This document shows positions 57,700-64,000 of a stretch of DNA of 64,000 bases, one piece after another (the stretch's first letter is position 1; each line of letters opens with the position of its first letter). The position numbers and the translations under genes are program-made. The notes below the pieces were generated by a model. It was given only the letters and a program-made list of their open reading frames with translations. It did no database searches and had not been told where the DNA came from. The stretch covers positions 1 through 64,000 of the forward strand of contig JAZDKB010000041.1 of the NCBI GenBank assembly GCA_043803405.1, written 5' to 3'. Source of the DNA: Spirochaetota bacterium. GTDB lineage: Bacteria; Spirochaetota; UBA4802; JAFGDQ01.

Positions 57700-58905
57700 A
57701 TGAACCTTAAAGAAATATGTGAACAACTTATTAATAATCTGGTAAAATATAAATCCATACTGATTTATATAAAAGGCTCGCCGGACCCGGACGTAATTGC
57801 TTCTTCGTATGCCTTAAAGTTGATCTGTGAAAGCGCCGGCCTTCATGCTTCCATAACGGCTCCCATTAAACCATCATTACCCCAGAACAGCGCAATTATA
57901 AATGAACTGGACATCCCTATACGGTTTGAATCTTCGGCTGAAAAATTATCCGGCTACGACGCCTATGCTGTTCTGGATTTTCAGTCTGCGGAAGTAAACG
58001 GGCTGACAGGTAAAATTCCCTGCGTTGTTCATATTGACCATCATGAACAGATTGAGGAAGATATTGAAAAAGATTTTAAGCTGATCGTTGAAGAGGCCGG
58101 GTCGATAAGCAGTCTTTTTTCTCTGATAATCAGGATTATCGAAGCTGATCCTTCTGTTACTGTTTATACTGAAAAAGAAAACCGGTCATTCATAAAGAAA
58201 AAACGTGGGACTAAAAAATCCGCAAATCCGCAAGGGGAAAAAGAAATAACATTAATAAAATTCGACGAAAACATCCTTAAAAAAGTTTGTACTGCCCTGC
58301 AGTACGGGATATATGCTGATACGGATTCGTACAGGCATGCTAATTCTATTGATTTCGAAGCACTTAAGTATGTTTCGTTTTATTCGGATAAAATAATAAT
58401 TAATCATATTATAGGCCTTCCGCTGCCCGATTACATTCACGGATTAATGTCAACAGCGCTGAATAATATGGAAGATTATAAAAACTGGATCATTACAGGC
58501 ATAGGTTTTATTGACGAATCGCGTAGAGACAGCATTCCTATTATTGCCGACTATCTTCTAAAAAGATACAAAGCCTCTGTAGTAATTGTGTTTGCTGCCG
58601 TTATAATTAATAAATCCAGAGGATTAAAACTGGATGCATCTTTCAGAACCGAAGATGAAAAGACCGACCTGGATATGCTCATTAAAGAAATTACCCAAAG
58701 CGGAGGAGGAAGGAAATATAAAGGAGCATACCAGGTGGACCTTAATTATTTTGCTGACACACCGGACAAAGATATGCTCTGGGGCCTCATTAAAAGCACT
58801 ACTTTCACACGAATAAAACACCTGCGCGACAACTCCCAGTTTATTGAAATCAAAGGATTTTATAAAAGAATTAAAAGAAAAGCAGAGAAAATATTTAAAT
58901 ATTAA
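57700..58905 (+). CDS. DHH family phosphoesterase (NrnA / cyclic-dinucleotide PDE-like)
   Basis: PDPD, IDHH, GIYADT, S.R and GGG motifs. Confidence 0.82.
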   Translation: MNLKEICEQLINNLVKYKSILIYIKGSPDPDVIASSYALKLICESAGLHASITAPIKPSLPQNSAIINELDIPIRFESSAEKLSGYDAYAVLDFQSAEVNGLTGKIPCVVHIDHHEQIEEDIEKDFKLIVEEAGSISSLFSLIIRIIEADPSVTVYTEKENRSFIKKKRGTKKSANPQGEKEITLIKFDENILKKVCTALQYGIYADTDSYRHANSIDFEALKYVSFYSDKIIINHIIGLPLPDYIHGLMSTALNNMEDYKNWIITGIGFIDESRRDSIPIIADYLLKRYKASVVIVFAAVIINKSRGLKLDASFRTEDEKTDLDMLIKEITQSGGGRKYKGAYQVDLNYFADTPDKDMLWGLIKSTTFTRIKHLRDNSQFIEIKGFYKRIKRKAEKIFKY

Positions 58906-59088
58906 TGAGCTGCACTGCCCCCGCCGCATATCACCATTACATCTATGGATTTCTACATATAGAAACTGCATAGAAATTAAATTTTTTATTGAAAAATAAT
59001 TTTTTTATGATATTCTATTAACATTTCCGGTAATTTTTGCAGATAATATAGTTAAAAAATTATTAAAAATAAAAAACGAGGTGTCAGA

Positions 59089-59547
59089 ATGAAAAAATCA
59101 ATACTATTTTTTTCAGCATTAATTATGCTGGTTTGCTTTACACTTAGTTACGCGGACGATAAGGCAAAAGCCGTTGCTCTTGTAGATGAAGGGATTGCCT
59201 ATATTAACAAGAACGGTAAAGACAAAGCATTTCAGGAATTCACCAAAAAAAACGGCATGTTTACAAAAGGCGAATTGTATATTTTTGCAGTAGATTTTAA
59301 AGGGATGACATTTGCACACGGCGGAAATGAAAAACTTGTCGGCAAAAGCATGTACGATCTCAAGGACAGCGACGGAAATTATTTTATCCGCAAATTCATT
59401 GATGTTGCAAAAAATAAAGGCCAGGGCTGGATAAGCTACAAATGGTCTAATCCAAAAACAAAAATGATTGAACAGAAATCCACTTATGTAAAGAGAATGC
59501 CCGGCTCGGATTATTTTCTGGGATGCGGAATTTATTTAAAAAAATAA
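59089..59547 (+). CDS. Stand-alone periplasmic single Cache domain protein
   Basis: Signal peptide; LYIF, AH..N..LVGK, D.DG, G.GW..Y.W.NP, K..YV. Confidence 0.88.
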   Translation: MKKSILFFSALIMLVCFTLSYADDKAKAVALVDEGIAYINKNGKDKAFQEFTKKNGMFTKGELYIFAVDFKGMTFAHGGNEKLVGKSMYDLKDSDGNYFIRKFIDVAKNKGQGWISYKWSNPKTKMIEQKSTYVKRMPGSDYFLGCGIYLKK

Positions 59548-59553
59548 AATTTC

Positions 59554-59670
59554 CCGGGGCAAGCCCCGGTGCTATCGCTCCGGCTTCGGCGTTAGCGGTT
59601 ATTTTGTTACAGGGCGTTGAAATAAGTATAATGACCTGAACTGATTCGGGGGCGTAAAAACATACGCCCC
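59554..59670. repeat. Two GC-rich REP-like hairpins
   Basis: CCGGGGC-AA-GCCCCGG (59554-59569) and GGGGCGTA-N6-TACGCCCC (59649-59670). Confidence 0.5.
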
Positions 59671-59764
59671 TGAAAACATATGGTAAGTAACAAAACATAT
59701 TTTTAAGATAACTTGTAATTATAAACTGTAGATTTCCTTACTGGGCTGCAGGGAGGATTGAATT

Positions 59765-61522
59765 ATGAAAAAGTTTTTAACAAATTTAAGCGTGGCAATG
59801 AAGCTGCGCCTTTCTTATTTTATTTTTCTGTTCATATTAATAATAAGCGTTTCAATTTCCCTTGTTATTATCCTTAAGCAGAAAAATCTTATAGAAAATG
59901 ACATGCAGCACCATTTAAATTCATATCAGATAAGCGTTGAAACAATAAACAAAACACGAGATATACATTTAAACGTTTATAAAGTAATATCATGGATAAG
60001 CGCTAATTTTTCAAAAGACAGGGTCGAAGCGCTTTCAAAAGAACAAAACGCATCAGCAGATACCGCAGTCGCAACACTTAAAAAATATGTTGAATGCACC
60101 GATTTTCAGAATCAGGAAGAAAAAAAAGCGTTTAATCAATGTTGTGAAAATCTTACAGAATATAAAAAAATATTAACGAACACGCTCGAAATTGCAACAA
60201 CCGATATCGGCATAGCGTCAATGTATCTTCAAAGCGCTGATGAGAAATACGCAATACTCGACGCAGGGCTGCAAAAATTATTCATTTATGAAAAAAGCGG
60301 AATGCGGAAAGAATATGAAAATTCCATTGATGCGTCCAATATTGCTCTTATTGTTTCAGTTACCGCCGGTATTACAGCGTTTATAGTATTTATTATCACA
60401 CTATTAGTGGTAAAAAGATTAATATCGGACAGACTTAATAAAATTCATCTATTCATTCAAAAAATCGTATCCACCCTGAATTTTTTCGATAATGAGATCA
60501 GTTTCACAAAGCACTCGAAATATAATGATGAGATCTCGGGTATAGAAAATGACTTTATGAAACTGAGAGATGTCATTTGCGAAGTAATAACAAAAATTCA
60601 CGATTCCGCGATCACTTTATCATCTTCCTCTGAAGAGCTTTCGGCGTCATCCACATCGCTTTCCCAGCATTCGGTCGACGAAAACAACATGGTCAACACT
60701 ATCATGGAAGGAATACGTGAAGTCAATACTGACATCAGTTCAATATCCGGCAACTCCGAAGTGCAGTCAGCCAACAGCGCCAAGGTCTCGGATTTAATGA
60801 ATGATTTTGTAGAATCCAGCAAATATATTCACGCCCTCATTTCGGAATTCAAGGCAAGCTCCGAGGAAGCTTCGCTGCATGTTAAAAATGCCGAAAATCA
60901 GACGATTGACGCAAAGAACGCAATGCATGTAATGAGAACCAGTTCCGAACAGATAAATGAAATCGTTAACCTGATTAATGATATATCGGACCAGATAAAT
61001 CTTCTGTCTCTTAATGCTGCAATTGAAGCTGCACGCGCAGGCGAGCACGGCAGAGGATTTGCAGTAGTCGCAGAAGAGATATCGAAGCTTGCGGATCAAA
61101 CCTCGAACAGCACACAGGAGATCGCGTCTCTTATCGCCAAAGTATCCAAAGAAGTCGGCACAGGAGTAAGGCTTGTGGATAACATGGCAGGAGTACTTCA
61201 GAATATTATAATAAATATTGAGACAATTTCTAATAAAATCACTGAAATAGTATCCGTAATCGATAAACAGTCCAGGCGTTATGATGACGCAATTCTCGAT
61301 GTTAAAGGACTCTCGGAACTTTCCTTAAGCATTAAAAATGCGACTCAGAAACAAAGAGAAGCAATAGAAGGTATCAATAAGATGATAAACGGCATTGCCG
61401 GCATTTCGGAGGATGTAACGTCCGGATCGGAAGAAATTGCAGGATCTTCCGAGGAAGTAGCTTCGCAGGCGCAAAAGCTCGAAGCTCTTGTTTCGAAATT
61501 TAAGTTCAGCGCGCAGCAATAA
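59765..61522 (+). CDS. Methyl-accepting chemotaxis protein (four-helix-bundle sensor)
   Basis: Two TM helices; [34 protein letters not shown] hairpin tip. Confidence 0.95.
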   Translation: MKKFLTNLSVAMKLRLSYFIFLFILIISVSISLVIILKQKNLIENDMQHHLNSYQISVETINKTRDIHLNVYKVISWISANFSKDRVEALSKEQNASADTAVATLKKYVECTDFQNQEEKKAFNQCCENLTEYKKILTNTLEIATTDIGIASMYLQSADEKYAILDAGLQKLFIYEKSGMRKEYENSIDASNIALIVSVTAGITAFIVFIITLLVVKRLISDRLNKIHLFIQKIVSTLNFFDNEISFTKHSKYNDEISGIENDFMKLRDVICEVITKIHDSAITLSSSSEELSASSTSLSQHSVDENNMVNTIMEGIREVNTDISSISGNSEVQSANSAKVSDLMNDFVESSKYIHALISEFKASSEEASLHVKNAENQTIDAKNAMHVMRTSSEQINEIVNLINDISDQINLLSLNAAIEAARAGEHGRGFAVVAEEISKLADQTSNSTQEIASLIAKVSKEVGTGVRLVDNMAGVLQNIIINIETISNKITEIVSVIDKQSRRYDDAILDVKGLSELSLSIKNATQKQREAIEGINKMINGIAGISEDVTSGSEEIAGSSEEVASQAQKLEALVSKFKFSAQQ

Positions 61523-61528
61523 AAACTT

Positions 61529-64000
61529 TTAAAAAATAAGAGTAAAATTTATCGCGATCTCGTAAGAAATTATTTCCCTGTTTACGCTGTTTGTTTCCCT
61601 GTCCCTGAATTTTTCAAGAGCCATGCGCCCTGTTAATCCGCCCTGAATGTTTTTATGCAGGTCAAGTGTGAGTTTTCCCGTAATCAGATGCTGGTCATAC
61701 GGTTCAGGGGAGGTTGTTTTTGAATAGTCGTACCTGTTAAGTATAAGAGAATATTCAATGCTGAAAATCGGATACCCTGTAAGCGTGTATAAATAGCTGA
61801 ACCAGCTGTGCAGCCATAAAACATCGGTCTCATAAATAATCGAAAATTTATATCCCTTATCCCGCTCTTTAAAAGACTCCTTAGTCTGCATATTCGATAT
61901 ATAAATATCGTCCTTGCTGCTCCGTTCCGAATCGTCCAGCGAAATATATTCCCTCTTGTTTCGCTGTCTGTAATTTACTTCCGATTTTGTACCAATCATT
62001 GACCTGTCCCTTTTAAATGTCAGTCCAATGCCTGGAGTGTGCACATTTTCCTCTATGTCTGAAGTAATAAGCATGTTCCGTGTAAAATTATATCCAATAT
62101 TAATACTAGCAGAATGATGAGGGATGCCGATTTTATTCGGCCTGAAAAATCCGGATCTGAATAACTGCATCAGGTCGAAATTTACGTTTGAACCCGCGTT
62201 AATAACAATTGTTTGCTGGGGAATGCCGGATATGGTCTGCCTTTCATTGACCCCGTTTATTGCGCCGGATAAATTAACGATAACAATTCCGAAATCCTGC
62301 ATTGAATTAAAGCCCGCATTATCTATAAGCCTTAAATGATTTGTATAATTCAATTCCGGGGAACCGCTTTCGCCATCAAGTTTGCTGTTTAATTTATTAT
62401 AAGAAAAATCCCTGCCATTCGCAAAATTGCCCCTGCCTTTAAAAAAATACCATGGAGGATATTTCCACAGATTGAATACTGGTTCAGAGAATCCGTTATA
62501 GACCCGTTTAACGCCGTATTCCTCGTCAAACGCACCTTTGCCTTCTCCCTCGTAGGGAATATCGGTTTCTTCAAAAAATACCGATCTTGTATAATATAAA
62601 TTAAATGATCTTATAAATTTCAGATTTTTAAAATTGCTGAAGTTGACCGGCAGGTTCAGATTGCTGGAAACAGAGCTTCTCGCGTTTTTAGCGCGTGAAT
62701 ACTCTCTTGTAAGCAGCTTCTCGCTTTCGGTATAATCCCTGAAATTGTACTCTGAATAATAAACCTCCATTGCCATGTTTGCCGGCGACAATGCATTATC
62801 GCTTCCCAGTTTTAAATTCGCTTTCTTGTCCCTGTCAACAAGCTTGTATTTGCTGTTGTAAACAAAAGGAAAATGATAACTGTTGTCTATGTCTGTCAAT
62901 ATCTGCGTATCATTAAGGCTGGTTTTCCCTTTAACCTTTACAATTTCCTGGGAACCTGTTGAAATGCCCGGCTGTATATAGAACAATTTATTTCTGTAAT
63001 CAAGTGTAACAGTTGCATACCCCTTCTGCCGTTTTTCTTCCTCATCTCCCAGAAGAGAAACGCTGGAATCATCCCTGTTTATACTTTCATTTTTAAAATT
63101 CAGGTCTATTCTTGTAATTGCGGATAAATTGCCTCCTAAAAATCCGCTGAGTTTTTCATCAATAATGATTGAAGGTGTGTAAAGCTCGTTTTTCGTTCTT
63201 TTTAGCTGCCTGGTAGATGAGTCTTCTTCTTTAATATTATTAGACATATCCTGCTTATACTGCACAGTTATGGATGGCATTGCGTATATATTTGAAATAT
63301 AACTGGATTCAAAAAGAAGCGTTTTTTTATTTGTTTTGCCTCTTTTATCGACTGCTACCAGCTCATTATAGCTGTCAGTATCGGACTTTTCGGCAATAAA
63401 ATCAAGTTTTGCAGACCAGTTCGGCAGGATATTGGCAGAGGAAAACACTTCGTTATATTGCTCCATAATGTCTGTAATCTGTTTTCCTACTGAACTGAAC
63501 CTGGAGCCGTGGCCTTTGCTGATATACTTTATATTTATATCCGAGAAGACCGGCGTCCCGGATTTCGTAATGTATAAAGGTCTTTTTATTTTCAGTTCGC
63601 CCTCGTACCAGTAAGCTCCCGATTTTTCCGTTTCCGGTTCGCTCAGGTAAATATCGTTAAGCCACAGCTTGCCTGTGCTTGTACCCTGCCCGTGAAGTTC
63701 AACTCTTATTACGGATATTCTTTTTAAATCCGGGCTTCCGTGAACTTCGTATTTTTCGATGTTCCCGCCGGAACTGTCTTTAAGCTTTAATCTCATTTCA
63801 CGCCACGTATTTGCGTAATCCATCGGAAACCTGTATTCAATATAATCTGTGTCGGACGAACCGACCTGCATGGCAATGCTGTCGCCGCTTGAAAAACTCC
63901 TGAAATTGAACCACATATTCATTGTCTTATACGACCTTACGTCTACAGGTTTTATAATCTTTTTCGCAGTTGATCCTTTTTTTAATCCAGAGGGGAACGG
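61529..64000 (-). CDS. Large outer-membrane protein, SprA-like, 5' end beyond the window
   Basis: Frame is open to the window edge; DVRSYKT, GSPDLKRI, GKLWLNDIYL recall SprA-type motifs; beta-strand-rich with terminal NFTLIF. Confidence 0.5.
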   Translation of the reverse strand, partial: PFPSGLKKGSTAKKIIKPVDVRSYKTMNMWFNFRSFSSGDSIAMQVGSSDTDYIEYRFPMDYANTWREMRLKLKDSSGGNIEKYEVHGSPDLKRISVIRVELHGQGTSTGKLWLNDIYLSEPETEKSGAYWYEGELKIKRPLYITKSGTPVFSDINIKYISKGHGSRFSSVGKQITDIMEQYNEVFSSANILPNWSAKLDFIAEKSDTDSYNELVAVDKRGKTNKKTLLFESSYISNIYAMPSITVQYKQDMSNNIKEEDSSTRQLKRTKNELYTPSIIIDEKLSGFLGGNLSAITRIDLNFKNESINRDDSSVSLLGDEEEKRQKGYATVTLDYRNKLFYIQPGISTGSQEIVKVKGKTSLNDTQILTDIDNSYHFPFVYNSKYKLVDRDKKANLKLGSDNALSPANMAMEVYYSEYNFRDYTESEKLLTREYSRAKNARSSVSSNLNLPVNFSNFKNLKFIRSFNLYYTRSVFFEETDIPYEGEGKGAFDEEYGVKRVYNGFSEPVFNLWKYPPWYFFKGRGNFANGRDFSYNKLNSKLDGESGSPELNYTNHLRLIDNAGFNSMQDFGIVIVNLSGAINGVNERQTISGIPQQTIVINAGSNVNFDLMQLFRSGFFRPNKIGIPHHSASINIGYNFTRNMLITSDIEENVHTPGIGLTFKRDRSMIGTKSEVNYRQRNKREYISLDDSERSSKDDIYISNMQTKESFKERDKGYKFSIIYETDVLWLHSWFSYLYTLTGYPIFSIEYSLILNRYDYSKTTSPEPYDQHLITGKLTLDLHKNIQGGLTGRMALEKFRDRETNSVNREIISYEIAINFTLIF

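Overview
AT-rich bacterial chromosomal window, probably from a diderm spirochaete-related anaerobe. This is an inference from the degenerate family-4 UDG next to priA, the 7TM-DISM kinases, the FlgD-Ig/OmpA architecture, lipoproteins and a TonB receptor. Housekeeping genes: priA, dGTPase, YyaL-like, ADP-forming acyl-CoA ligase, formate/nitrite channel, rsmG. Also present: three type II toxin-antitoxin pairs and a truncated orphan antitoxin, two 7TM-DISM hybrid kinases with partners, duplicated surface lipoproteins, a cobalamin riboswitch with a TonB-dependent receptor, an ECF sigma cassette, a WYL-regulated operon, a pseudo-PP2C/DHH pair, Cache/MCP chemoreceptor genes and a partial SprA-like outer-membrane protein. 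The most notable locus is a non-canonical Pel-type (alpha-1,4-GalNAc) exopolysaccharide system at 31008-45224. It has pelD/E/F-like genes, a TPR-SLH lipoprotein, a 1713-aa TPR/beta-barrel/FlgD-Ig/OmpA exporter candidate, a DUF2194-type deacetylase and a circularly permuted GH114 hydrolase, with no pelG or pelC in the window and a long structured leader. Non-coding signals read directly from the sequence: two parS sites inside rsmG, a PafBC-like promoter geometry for the WYL operon, a shared operator for the NarL-type regulator, a MITE family carrying GGA-loop hairpins and several REP-like palindromes. No rRNA, tRNA, CRISPR array or intact transposase was seen. All family assignments are by motif recognition, without database searches.
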